From Phyllosticta citribraziliensis (taxonomy: Eukaryota), in the NCBI RefSeq assembly GCF_038025025.1, contig NW_027117347.1, positions 372,001-436,000 of the forward strand: a DNA stretch of 64,000 bases, read 5' to 3'. A program made the position numbers and the translations under genes. Positions within the stretch are counted from its first letter, which is position 1. Every line of letters starts with the position of its first letter. The notes under the pieces are model-generated. The model was given only the letters and a program-made list of their open reading frames with translations. It was not told the origin of the DNA and did no database searches. Below are positions 12,211-25,441 of this stretch, one piece after another.

Positions 12211-12993
12211 ATGCCAGCCATCCCGCCCATTTTTGACAACGAGTCGCCCTCGTTGGCACGCACTTCTTCTTCCTCTTCCTCCTCTGCTCGCCGCTTAACC
12301 AAGCTCTTTGGCTCCCACCGCTTCCTCCCCGACGGCGGCTCTCTGTTCGCCAATCCGCCATCGTCGTCGTCTTCGCGTCTCGTCCGTCGCCAACAGTTCC
12401 GACAAGACAGCACCAGCTCCAGCGGCTACATCCCACTCGTCTACGATGACCTGAACTCGGGCCCCACGCCGGGCGCCGTGGTGGGCATCGTACTCGGCGC
12501 CGTCATCGGCTTCCTGCTCGTCGTCTGGCTCTTCTACGCCATTGCCGCCATGGGCGGCGGCTCCCGCGCCTACGCCGCCGACGAAGAAGTCGTCGTGCGC
12601 GAACGCCGTCCGCGGTCGACGCGCTCGCGGCGCAGCCGACGCAGCTCGCGGCCCGAGATCCGCGAAATCAGCAGGAGCCCGCGGCGGCAGCGCATCGTGG
12701 TGGAAGAGCGGCGGTCGAGCGTGCCGCCGGCGCCGCGGCCGCGCAGCCGGTCCGTCGTGGTAGAGGAGAGGGTCATGGAGCGCGAGCGGCGCGTCGACGG
12801 CGACGACATTGTCGAGGTCATTGAGGAGACGAGCCCGGCGCCAGGCCGTCGCGTCTCCACGTCGCGCAGGAATAGTGGCTACAGGTCAGTCGATCCTGAT
12901 AGATACGCCGGCGGGAACTACCCGCAGCGCCCTGTCCCCAACGGCAAGCCGGGCAGGACGACGAAGACTACTCGTAGGACCATCTTAGACTGA
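12211..12993 (+). CDS. Single-pass membrane protein with Arg/Ser-rich cytoplasmic tail, function unknown
   Basis: ATG 12211; TM segment GAVVGIVLGAVIGFLLVVWLFYAIAAM; GC3-rich codon usage; start codon uncertain. Confidence 0.7.
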   Translation: MPAIPPIFDNESPSLARTSSSSSSSARRLTKLFGSHRFLPDGGSLFANPPSSSSSRLVRRQQFRQDSTSSSGYIPLVYDDLNSGPTPGAVVGIVLGAVIGFLLVVWLFYAIAAMGGGSRAYAADEEVVVRERRPRSTRSRRSRRSSRPEIREISRSPRRQRIVVEERRSSVPPAPRPRSRSVVVEERVMERERRVDGDDIVEVIEETSPAPGRRVSTSRRNSGYRSVDPDRYAGGNYPQRPVPNGKPGRTTKTTRRTILD

Positions 12994-13779
12994 GACTGAG
13001 ACCTTTTGTGTTTTTTCTGAGAGCAGGAGACCATACCCCTGATCTCCCTTTTTTCGGCTACGACCTGCTTCAAAAAGTTCGATCCCGTATCCTCATGTCA
13101 ACCGATGACACACATACATACTCGACACTCGACACTCGACCCTCGACACTTTGCTGCCACGCCGGCTTTTCCGTCGCTCAATCCGAAATCTCACCGTGGC
13201 TTCCAAAACCAATCGAGTCCGGTACCTTCCCGCTCGACACCGGTTCGACCTGCATCTAATATGTGTGTGGTGGTGGCTGGCGTTTGCGTTTGTTGCTTTT
13301 TCCTTTTCCATGATACACCTGCGTGGCTCACTCACTGGCTTTTGTTGACCAGCAAGCATCACTACCATGTCGTCCTGGCGGAGCAGAAGAAGGGTTGTTT
13401 TGACCTGTGGCTTCGATGGCAATGTGGCAGATTGCTTTTTATCTGAAATCTCTTGCACGACCGATTGGGGCGTTGGGGGTGGCTGCTACTGCTGGTCATG
13501 CATTCGAGAGCGAGGAAGTGTCAGTGGAGCCAACCACTCTTTTGAGCGAGCGTCGACAGTTCCTTGTTCACACGGCGTTCGAAACCAACCAAATCTTCTT
13601 CTGAGAACTCGTCGGAGTCCCACCTCGCACATTATGTCCCGATGTTTGCAACCATAGAGAATACAGCGCGGGCTGGACAGTAAAGCTTTCAAATATTCAA
13701 GCTCTTCATACTCATATGACTACATCTCGAATTCTCTGCGTACCATCACCAATGGAGGCATTCCAAAGGATCCAATGTT

Positions 13780-14105
13780 CAGGGGTACTATCTGAATCCA
13801 CACTTAATTATATATATATGTACACAAGGCCTCAATCCACACTTAATGGTCTAAATCCACACTCCCTCGTATGACCATAAATAGAGCATGTCTACAATAA
13901 TTCTTTTAACCCCTACTGAGCCCCACCACTTTTACTTTTACCTCTACTACAATGCTAAAGTACCAGGACAGCAATTAGAGAGATACAGTGCATTTAGTTC
14001 AACACCTTTTTGTGGTGAAGCGTGGGTTGAGAGTTTTTTTTAAAAATCAAAGTATTTTTTCAGATGCTTTGAAACAATAGAGTGTGGATTCAGACTGTCT
14101 CCCTA
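13780..14105. mobile_element. Putative MITE / non-autonomous TIR DNA transposon relic (~325 bp, AT-rich)
   Basis: Perfect 14-bp inverted repeat TCTGAATCCACACT (13791-13804) / AGTGTGGATTCAGA (14081-14094), extending imperfectly to (C/T)AGGG ends; subterminal AATCCACACT repeats; no clear TSD. Confidence 0.6.
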
Positions 14106-14113
14106 AAATTTAC

Positions 14114-15651
14114 TCATGCTGCCGCAGCCTCCTGTTCTTTCGGAGGAAATTTCTGGCGGAACTTTGCCACGGCCTCGTCGACCTTGTTCTTCCTCCAATC
14201 GCAGCTCTCCGCAAAGTCACAAAAGCGACACTTGAAGGCTTCCTCAATATCAACGCCTTTGGCTCCCCGCTCCCCGCGCCACCAACTCATCTCGTCCGCC
14301 AGATAGCGGCCAACAACGTCCTCGTCGTAGTCAAAGAACTTGTTGCCAAGGAAATCGCCCGTCTTTTGGTCGCGAAACTCGGCCCTGAGCAGGCCGCTCA
14401 CGGCGTCAGGCCCGGGCATCGCCTGCAAGAATTCTTGGATCATGAGCTGCCACAGCTTGGCGAGCGTGTTGTGCGCGACGAGCTCGGAGAGGGAGTCGTC
14501 CTGGCTATTCATCATGGCGGTGTCTTCGTCCGGCGATTCGTCGCTGAAGTTGAAGTCGAGCTGCGCCACCTCGGCGACGAAGGCGTCCGTGAATTGCTCG
14601 TGCGGCTTCAGTCTGTACCGTTCGAGGACCGTTTCGGCGTCTACCTGGTTAGTAGCGAGGTTCATGAGTAGTTTCCGGTACAGCATGAGCTGCATTTCAG
14701 TAGGCCGCAAGCTGGACCCTGAAGGGAGCGTTTTGCTGCCCCTGGTCTTGACGTCTGTGATGTAGACCTGCTTGCTGTCGCTAGACGTTGCTGCCAGGTC
14801 CTTGGGCTCAGGACTCGATGATTTGGGCTTTCGTCTCCGCCTAGTGTCTGGACGCGTGTAGGAAAGTTCGTCGATGATGCCGTTCACGATCTGGCCGTCG
14901 ACAACGCCCCACACCTCGAGTTCTCGCGTGAACCCCAGATTTTTCAGCGTCCGGAGGCCTTGGATTATGTTCCAAATCTTCAGGCCCCACGCGTCCTCTC
15001 GCGTCTTGACCAGCACCTCGACCGTCGTGTGGACCTGCTCCTCGAGCGTTTTGTGCACTCTCGAGCCCTCCTTCATTGCTGGGGTGCGCCGCTTGCGACC
15101 ATGTTTGGTGAGGGTGTACCAGTATTGGAGCTCGCACCAGGCCGGGGAGACAATGTCGGTGACCGACAAGGGCTTTTTCGGTAGTGTCCTGAATCTCTCG
15201 AGCGGCGACCTCTCGTCAAGCGGGGGCTCCGCTGCTATTGCTGGCTCGACTGGGACAGCTTCTGAGTTGGCCCTTTCGCTCGTCTCTGGGTCACGGGCTA
15301 CTAGGCGCTGTCAGCCGGTCAGAATCATCATGGTCTCTGGGACGCAACGGGCAGAAACTTACGCGCCTCGTCGTTGTCGCGGTGGACAAGCGGGCTACTG
15401 CGACCCTCCGCGCATCCGGCAGGGCTGGTTTCAACTTGGAAAACAGCAACTGGGTGACGGATGGGCCTGGGAAGAGGCCTCGGCTCGGGAGATGCATTGT
15501 TTACGTTGTGGTCAAGTTGAGAGGGCTTGACTTTGCCAGCTTCCAGTCGAGCGAGCACGTCTTTCAGTAGCTGTTCGCCTTCACTGTCCAAGTCGCTACC
15601 ATAATCCGAATCGTCGGCGGGCTCAGTGCGAGGCTCGTGTTGGGTGTTCAT
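14114..15651 (-). CDS. EXO5: Exonuclease V (EXO5/Dem1; RecB/Cas4-like nuclease with Fe-S cluster), 2 exons
   Basis: SPLERFR..PKKPLSVTDIVSPAWCELQYWY, MKEGSRVHKTLE, TRELEVWG..DGQIVNGIIDEL, ITDVKTRGS, QLMLY, C-terminal KCRFCDFAESC; intron ~15362-15301 ending at a TAGTAG acceptor. Confidence 0.92.
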
Positions 15652-16191
15652 TGCGAGCCATTTCGAGGCATGGCAGAGGGGGGATGCGAGCTGGTGCGCC
15701 GTGCAAGGTACAAGGTGGGTGGCGGTTGCGACAGAAGAGGCGCCAGCGACGCTAGAGAGCCGTCATGGACTCTGGGAAGCGGATCGCGCGCATCTTAGTT
15801 GCCACCGCGCGGTTTGGGCGAGAAGAAGATGTTTGCGCCATCGCCATCTCGACGATGGTGCAGTGACGCAAATTCAAGTCCGGGACCCCAAAACCGGACC
15901 CTTGAGCTGCGGAGTGTGGCGTCGTGGTCGACAGGGTCTGCCAACGCTCGACAGCGAACGACATGTTCTTGGAGATATTGTTAATCGTCCGAATCACAAT
16001 GGTCGATCACAGCATTACCCACCACTGCGCAAATAATGGCGTGCTTACGTAGACAAGACCCACGGCGCTATGGCATGGCGAGCAACGACTTCGGCCTTTG
16101 ACCTTCGGGGCTGGTTGAGAGCCACCAGAAACCAGGGACTTCAGCCGCCGGTCGCAACGCCTCGACAGCAGCAACGGAACCCCTTGACAGC

Positions 16192-17124
16192 ATGGCAACG
16201 GCCATGACTGTTCCTCAGAGGGCTGCACGTCTGGTGCTGCGCCGGGACTACATTCTGCGATCACATCTGCGGCAGTTTGGAGCGCGGCGGGGAAAGTCTA
16301 CAGACACAGACACAGGGGTGCAGCGAGAGCGGCGCGATGCTGGAAACAAGCCCAACATCACGCCCGCGGCCCCAGCGTGGGTATGGCTAGAGCCCGCCAT
16401 GAAACCGCTGCGTTTCTTTGAGCGGGCTCAAGCACGTCGTCCACTGCTCGTACAGTTCATCAGCTCGATTTGCGTGAGGCACAACTCCCCGAACGTTTGC
16501 ATCGTGTCGTCCCTAACCACCGAACGCTGCAGATTTGGTTTCTCGGCGATCTGTCAGCGCAGAGCATCTCGTCGACTGAAGAAGATGGCAGCTATTCGCC
16601 CCTGCGCGCTCTCCGAGCTGTGGTCATCGGAGGCATCTTTTCCATTCCCAGCTACAAGTGGTTCATGTGGCTGGGTCGCTCTTTTAACTATTCTTCGCAA
16701 ATCCTGAGTCTGGCCACCAAGACGGTGTTTAATCAACTCACGTTTGCTCCCTTGTTCAACACGTATTTCTTCACGATGCAGTCTTTGCTGAGTGGAGCAA
16801 CTGTCGAAGAGACGGTCGAGAGGGTCAAGCGCACCGTGCCCGTGTCTTGGATCAACTCGTGCAAATGTAAGTGCAAGATACCGACGGATATGGAAGACGC
16901 TGACGATTGGTAGTGTGGCCGGCCGTCACGGCTTTCAGCTTCGCCTTTGTTCCTGCGCAGTTTAGGAGCATCTTTGTTGGTACGTCCCGCGCTGTCGCAT
17001 CAGGCTGTTGTGCTCACAAGACGCAGGAATAATCGCCATTGGCTGGCAGACGTGGCTTTCGCTGCTCAACCAGCGTGCTGCTTTGAAGGCCAAGGCAGAG
17101 CTGGAACACGCGCATTCCGGGTAG
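16192..17124 (+). CDS. Mpv17/PMP22 family membrane protein, 4 exons
   Basis: RRPLLVQFISSIC|IWFLGDLSAQ...YSPLRALR...YKWFMWL...KTVFNQLTFAP...LWPAVTAFSFAFVPAQFR...IGWQTWLSLLN; three GT..AG introns. Confidence 0.88.
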
Positions 17125-17540
17125 AGGCTGTCAACTTAGGTAAAGGCGTTGTGGGTGTATTGCAAGCAGGGTGCTTGACGGGCATCAGACGTAGACGGCA
17201 GACGGACGCATGTCATCACATTCAAGGAACAAGGAGGGTTGCTTGCAAGGAGTCAATTTTTTTGATATTTGACTGTTGAAAAGACTTTCATAATGTCGTC
17301 TTCGTGCCCGTGGTATTAATGTACAACCATGGAGATTCGGGCAACCAATCCATGCTACCAGTTGAAAACCTCAGAAACCCGTGCCCATCAATCCAGGAAT
17401 CGCATTGCCACTAACGCCAGCCATCCGAACCGTAAAAGCAAAGGACTTGCACCGTCCATCCTCAAATCATGACCCGAGGCAAGTACAAAGACGATGCCCA
17501 AGGCGACCGGGTATCAGGTGAAGTTGGTGAATTGAGCTGC

Positions 17541-18140
<600 letters not shown>

Positions 18141-18686
18141 GGTCCAGATGGAGTTGTTGATGGGTTTGATGGAGATTGTGGAGAAGGCGATGACGATGTG
18201 GAGGGTGGTTGTAGAGGGATGGAGAGCGGGAGTGGGCGAAGGACTTATATGGAAGCAGGGCGGCGGGCGGATGATCTGGGCTTAGGCAGCATTGACCTGA
18301 CACGACTGCGGTGACTGTTTGCGCCTGCCCCTAGCGCGTTTGGAAAGCGCCTTACCAAGTGCTGGATTCGGAGCGTCTGCAATGCCGAATTTTGATTGGC
18401 CAGAAATACGCACCGCGACGCTATTCCGCAACGGGAAGATCACCACGCCCACTCGCGGGCCCGTGCAGCCGCCTCGGATCAACTCCATCAGGTCGCGTCC
18501 CTCTGTGATGGCCCCGACGCGTCTCCCCATCGCCCGCTTTGATAAATACCTTTCTCGCCCTTCGCCCTGGCACCACCCCATCCACCTGCTCCCACCACAT
18601 CCACCCCACTTCATCCACCGCAATCCAGCCTCAAGGCACCTCTTCTCCACACTCATCCAAAACTTTCAACCCAACCTCTCATCAAC
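18141..18686. promoter_or_regulatory. Bidirectional H3/H4 promoter
   Basis: 546 bp between divergent H3 and H4 start codons; TATA-like TATAAG on the minus strand (~18244-18249), GATAAATA at 18541, ATTGG (reverse CCAAT) at ~18395. Confidence 0.7.
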
Positions 18687-19111
<425 letters not shown>

Positions 19112-20115
19112 ACGCCTTCCTCTGTCCTTCTTGTTTATTTCACGAATCTTCTACGGCGGCCTGCAAGCGCACAAGGGGCACGGCATGACGCCTTTGCGCT
19201 GCCGGATGGTTTGGGTCGGGTTCATGGGCTTACTTGTATCATAACGGCATCTGGAGTTTCACGGGGGTCAACCAAGTCGCTTGAGAGAATCAAGGAATGA
19301 TACCACATAATCGAATTCTCGCAACCTGTTCCTTCTTGAGCTCTGCATGCTGTGACCCCGTCGTCCGCCAATTATTTACATCGCTTGTGCTTTTCTAAGG
19401 CTTGCTCCTTGGGTGCTTTCCTCGACGTCCGACGGGTTAGCATTGTGGCTCTGCACTGCATGTCCCTTCGACTTGCTCTTGACATATTCATGTCTGCCTC
19501 GTATCCCACGCTAGCTCGCCGTATACTGTTCGCTATCTCAGATCTGACTTTAGGTTAAGGCAAGAGGGAGTAGAACTAAAGTTAGATCTATTATAAAGCA
19601 ATATAGTATATATATATATATAATTTTAGAGCTATATAATAAATATCTAAAATCTATATCTAGTTATCTACTTTACTATCTATTTCTTTATAGAGATTAG
19701 AATTATTTAGAACTATAATTATTTAGATATAAATTAACATCTTACTTTCTAGATATATAAAGATAATAAGTATTAGTTATATGATACCTAGTAGAGAAAA
19801 TTAATATAGACTACTAATAATTAGTAGGTAAGAAGTAGGAGTAGTTATTATATATATTTATTTTATTTAATATCCCTCTTAGGTTAAAAACTATAAGAGA
19901 TAAGGATAGCTATTCTAATAGTATCTAAATAGCTACTATATAAATAAGTACTAATATCTATAGATATTTAGAGGTCCTATACTATCTATATTATTATACT
20001 TATAGCTAAATAACTATCTATACTAATAATTATATAACTATACTAGCTACTATAGCTATATATACTAGCTACCTAACTAAGTAAGGTACTCCTAACTTAG
20101 CTAAGACTTAGGGAA

Positions 20116-23100
20116 TGTTATAATAGGTATTTATACGCCTATATAAGTACTAAGGCTAGTATAGATAAACCTAGTATTATATAGTTATAAGCTACTAGCT
20201 ACTATAGCCTTAGGCTAATACTAGCTATATCTTAGGCTAATACTAGCTACTATAGCCTTAGATAGATATAGTATAACTACTTATTAATATCTTATCTTTA
20301 TAAATAACCTAATAATAACTACTAACCCTTATATAAAGGTCTAAAGATAAAAAGGTATAAAGAGAAGGTTAGGAAATAGATAGGAAGTAAGTATCTTTTA
20401 TATTTTATTCTTTTTACTTATTATATTTAATTAAGATATATATATATTCTCTAATAGTTTACCTTTAGCCCTAATCTATAAAATAAGAATCTTATAAGTT
20501 ATAATAGATATAAAAGATTATTCTATATATTAGCTCTATCTTATTTTATTACCTATAAAGGTATTATAATATTTAACCTAAATAATATTATATATAGTTA
20601 TAGTCTTATATAAGACTACTTATTACTTTTCCCTAGTAAACCTAAGTTATTCTTATTAGATATATTAGTATTATCTAATAGCTAAGGAGTATTAAGTATA
20701 TATTAACTATAGAAGTCTTTATTTAAGGCTATAGAGTAGTATATAAATATCTAAGAGGTATCCTATCTATACCTACTTAAAGAATATTCTAAGTAGAAGA
20801 CTATTAAAGATAGTATAGCTAAGAATAAAGCTAATATATCTAATATTATTAAAGGTACTAGTACTAGTTAATCTATCTAATAAGATTTATATAAGGGAAT
20901 TAAAGACTTATATAACCTTAGATAATCTTTAAATAAAAATAAATAAGGACCTCCTCCTATTTCCCTATATAAGTTCTATATAATAGAATTAGTAGAGGTA
21001 AAAGAGTAAACTTAAAATCTAGAACCTACTTATATAATAAAGGCTCTAATTATAAAAGTATTTATAAAGGTACTATATTAAGAAATTAAATAATTTAATA
21101 TTAAAATAGTACCCTTAAATAAGCTTTAAGTATAGTAGTAATTAAATTATATATAAAGGTAAAATTAGACTCTTAAGTAAACCCTCTTAAACTATACTAA
21201 TACCTATAAAGAATCTCTAAAGGATATAGTAATAGACCCTTAGAAGTTAAAAATTAAGGCCTAAGATCTATTATTATATCTTAAGATCCTTCTACTAGGA
21301 GAGTATAAAAGACTCTTAGACTACTAATTATCTATATAAGAGAAAGTATAGCTAGGACCTTTACTTCTACTTCTAATAAGAAATATTAAAATAGAAAGGT
21401 TTCTAATCCTCCTCTTCTTACTAATAGAGAAGACCCCTTATATAAATACTAGACTCTCCTTATTTAAAATAAAATTAAATAAAACTATAACTATTTTACT
21501 AAAAGTATACTAGAAGAAACTAATAAAAATATTATAGGATATATTATTTCCTATATTAATAGAGAGGTCTTATAATACTTAACTCCTTTCCTTACTTCCT
21601 ATATAAAGGCTAATAAAGTTACTTTAGATAAGGATATCTTTAAATTCCTAGATAACCTCCTTTAGAGTCTATATAAGTATAAGGATACTAAGAAATAGCT
21701 ATATATACTTATATATTATATTCTAGTAGACCTTTAGAAGTTTTAATCTAACTTTATATAATTAGCTTTAAATATAGACCTTCTTTAAGAGTAATAGAAA
21801 GAGGACTTTTATACTATAATAGATCTACTCCTTTAAACTTATATAGTTACTATAGAATAAGATAAGGATATTAACTTCTATAAGTACCTCTAATAAGCCT
21901 ATTTAATTATTTAAAGTCTTAATAATTACTAATCTAGCTATAGAAAGATAATACTTAGTTTATATAAGGAATAAATAAAGAAGAGATAGTAAGAAAGAGT
22001 AAGAACTACTATCTTAGATAGTATAAGTAGCTTATCTTTAAGTTATACTTAGGCTTAGTCTATCTCTAGAGCTTCCTTATATAATATAATATATAAAGGT
22101 AAGGCTAAGGTCTATATAGAGATTAAACTATATAATTAGTTTAGCTAGTTTAGCTATTTATAGAGATAATACCTATAATCTAAATCTAAGATAATAGAGT
22201 TAATAGAAGAAGAATAAGTAGATAATCTTTATATAGAGAAGAACTAGTCTTTATCCTTAGAAAATAATAAGACCTAGGTAAAGTCTCCTACCTTAGGTCT
22301 AAACTTAGAGTAATATATATTAAGGGTTCTTATATAAATCTTAATTATCTTATTATAGGTAAGCCCTTTACTATATAAACCTTAATTATATCTAATAGCT
22401 ATATCTTAGAAATTTATATCTTAATAGATACTAGTACTAGTAGTATAAGTTTTATTTACCCTAAGTTACTACTAACTCTTTAGTCTATAGATATAGTAAA
22501 AAAAAAAGAATAATAAATAAAGGGCTTAATATTACTAGGTTTAACTAATATATAAATAAGTAAGTTAATTTTTACTTTTATCTTTAACTCTATTTCTAAG
22601 ATTAAATAGTTTTTATATATACTTTTATTTATAATATTAGCTAGAATAATATAATTCTTAGGTAATAGTTTTTTAACTAGTATAATATACTTTCTAACTA
22701 TAAATAATATAAACTAGTCTAGAGATAGCTACTAGTTAATTAATCTTTTTAATATCTTTTATAACTACTAAAGGTTTCTATATAAAGTAATATACTATAG
22801 AAAGAATACTAGGTAGATATAGATTAAAGAAATAAAAACTTTAATTAATACCTTCTTCTCTTAGTATAGGTTATTAAGGGAATTAAATTTTAAATTTAAG
22901 ATACTTTTTAACTTTCTATATTATATTAATAGAGATTTATACTATAAACCTTATATAAATTTAATAAGCTATTAAAGATAAAGAAATAGAGGAATTACTA
23001 GCTTCTAAACTATCTTTAGCCTATAAGGATTTTTAGGATATTTTCTCTAAAATAGAGTCTAATAAGCTACTACTATATTATATAGAAGTTAATTATAAAA

Positions 23101-23633
23101 TATCTCTTATATATAAGAGTCTACTAGAACTTCCTCCTAATCCTTTTTATAGAATATCTCTAGAATAGCTAAGAGCTATAAAAGAATATATTATAGAGAA
23201 TATTTAAAAGGGCTTTATTATTAAAAGCTTTACTACCTTTACTTCTCCTATTCTAGTAGTAAAAAAGCCTAGTAGAGGTTAGAGGTTTTATATAGATTAC
23301 TAATAGCTTAATAAGTAAATTACTAAGGATTTATATCCTCTTCCTCTTATCTTAGAATTACTTTAGTATATTAGAAAGGGTAAGATTTATATAAAGCTAG
23401 ATATTTAATAAGCTTTCTATTATATTTACCTTATACTAGACTTAGAAGATAAGACTACTATTTATATAAGGTAAAGCTTATTTAAATACTATATTCTTCT
23501 ATTTAGATTAAGTAATAGACCTATAACCTTTTAATAATTTATTAACTATGTCCTTTTTAAGTATTTAGATAATTTTATAGTAGCTTTTATAGATAATATA
23601 CTTATTATCTCTAAGGATCCTGTAGAATATAAA
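20116..23633 (+). mobile_element. Ty3/Gypsy LTR retrotransposon family C, 5' part (LTR ~20116-20278, gag, start of RT), truncated by a family A insertion
   Basis: LTR begins TGTTA; de-RIPed RT reads PILVAKKPGGGWRFCVDY..LN....KD.YPLPLI (~23245-23350) and F.DD.LI (~23586-23606); inverted homolog at 44611-46298. Confidence 0.8.
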
Positions 23634-24845
23634 TATTACGCGTTATAGGCGCGGCGTATATAGTTTATAATTTATAGTATTTAGTACTTAGTATTTACTG
23701 CTTATATATATACTGACTATTTATAGCTAGCCTAGGAGTAGATAGTTATTCTATATAGGCTATATAATAACTACTCTTACCCCCTACCTATTAATCATTA
23801 GTAGTTTATATTAATTTACTCTATAAGGTACTATAATACTATTAATAGATCTCTTACTACTTATAAGAGGATAAGACTTATTATCTATCTCTTACTAATA
23901 AGTTTTCTTACTTTAATTATACTCTATATAGTATTAGGATAAAATACTATAGTTTAGATATACTAGAAGCTCTAGATATTATTATTTTATAGTCTATAGC
24001 CTTAGGTAAGGCTAGTAAGTAAGATTCTAGACTAAGATAGTCCTATTAGTAATAGAGATATAATATCTTATTATATTATATAGTTAATAACCTATATAAT
24101 AGCTAAGAGTAGCTAGTCTACTAATAGTATAGTACTATTAGCTACTCCTTAATCTATACTATTAGCTAGCTAGTAGTTATCTACTACTAGCCTATTATTA
24201 GGCTAATCTATTACCCCCTAGGGTAATAATAATAATAAATTACCTACTAGTACTATAGTACTAATAATCTAATAGCTCTAGGAGTAGGTCCTAGGGCTTA
24301 TATAGGTAATTTATAATAGGGGTAATATACTAGGCTATAAGGTCTAGTACTAATTTACTAATCCTAAGTACTAGTCTAGTATTAGCTTATCTAAGGACTA
24401 TTATATATAGTATAGTAGTATTAAGGATAAGCTATTATTTAATAGTAGCTAGTATTAGGATAATATAGTAAAGGCTATATATATTTACTCTTACCTAGCT
24501 AGTAAGGCTACTTTAGCTAATATTACTATTAATAATAATAATAATAATAAAGAAGATAATAGTAATAACCCTAAGACTATCTAGACCTTATTAGATAGCC
24601 TATATAGTATTATAGATTAGTAAAGCTATACTATTACTTAGCTTACTATTATAGACTTAGTTTTAGATATTAGGGTAGCTTTTAAGATATTACTATATAT
24701 ATTTTATATATTAGCTTACTAAGCTAGGTAGGATAGCTATATAACTAAGGACTAGCTAATCTATAAGCTCTATAAGCTATTTTATAATATTACTATTACT
24801 AATATTATAGCTAGCTATAGTAAGTTATTATAGGTCTTAAACTAG
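23634..24845 (+). mobile_element. Ty3/Gypsy family A, 5' fragment (LTR 23634-23838 plus start of gag)
   Basis: LTR and following internal sequence are homologous to 27409 onwards; interrupted at 24846 by an LTR of family B. Confidence 0.85.
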
Positions 24846-25441
24846 GGTAGGCAGGACTAGCTACTTACTAATATACTTACTTAGCTGGCTAAAATGCCAG
24901 CACTAGAAGAGGTATAAGAGATAGTAACTAGTAGTAAATAAGTAGGCTCTATAGGATAGGAATAAAATAGCTACTAAACTAACTAAAATAAGCTACTATC
25001 TAGCTATTATTTTATTATCTAAGCAGTATAAGACTCAGGTATAAATAATAAGTATAAATAAATAAATAACTAAGAATTTAGTAGATAATAGTTTAACTAA
25101 GTATAAAAGACTTCCTTTATATAAGTAGTACCTCTCTATAAGTAGCTATAAAAGGGGGTATATAACTAGCTAATCTACTACTAAAAATACTAATAATATA
25201 AGACCTCCTATTATTACTAAAGATACTAAGTTTACTTATACTTTTATTAGCTATTATTATTACTACTAAACTATATAGAACTATATTTTCCTAGTATTCT
25301 AGAGCTACCTATAGTCTTATTTTCTTACTAGCCTAATCTTCTACTTATATCTAAGCTAAAATTATAGCTAAGAATAAGAATAATAATTACTAAAAATAAT
25401 CTTTAAAAGCTATAAAAACTATACTAGCTAGTAGTACTATA
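24846..25441 (-). repeat. Family B LTR (3' LTR relative to pol), 596 bp
   Basis: Homologous to 44113-44610 (same orientation) and 28066-28661 (inverted); family termini TGTAG...CTACA after de-RIP, first base altered in this copy. Confidence 0.9.

Noticed and set aside
13121..13149. CTCGACA 7-bp tandem repeat, and short GGCGGA / CATGTC runs near 11788-11855
   Set aside because: Ordinary microsatellite-type slippage in UTR or intergenic DNA.
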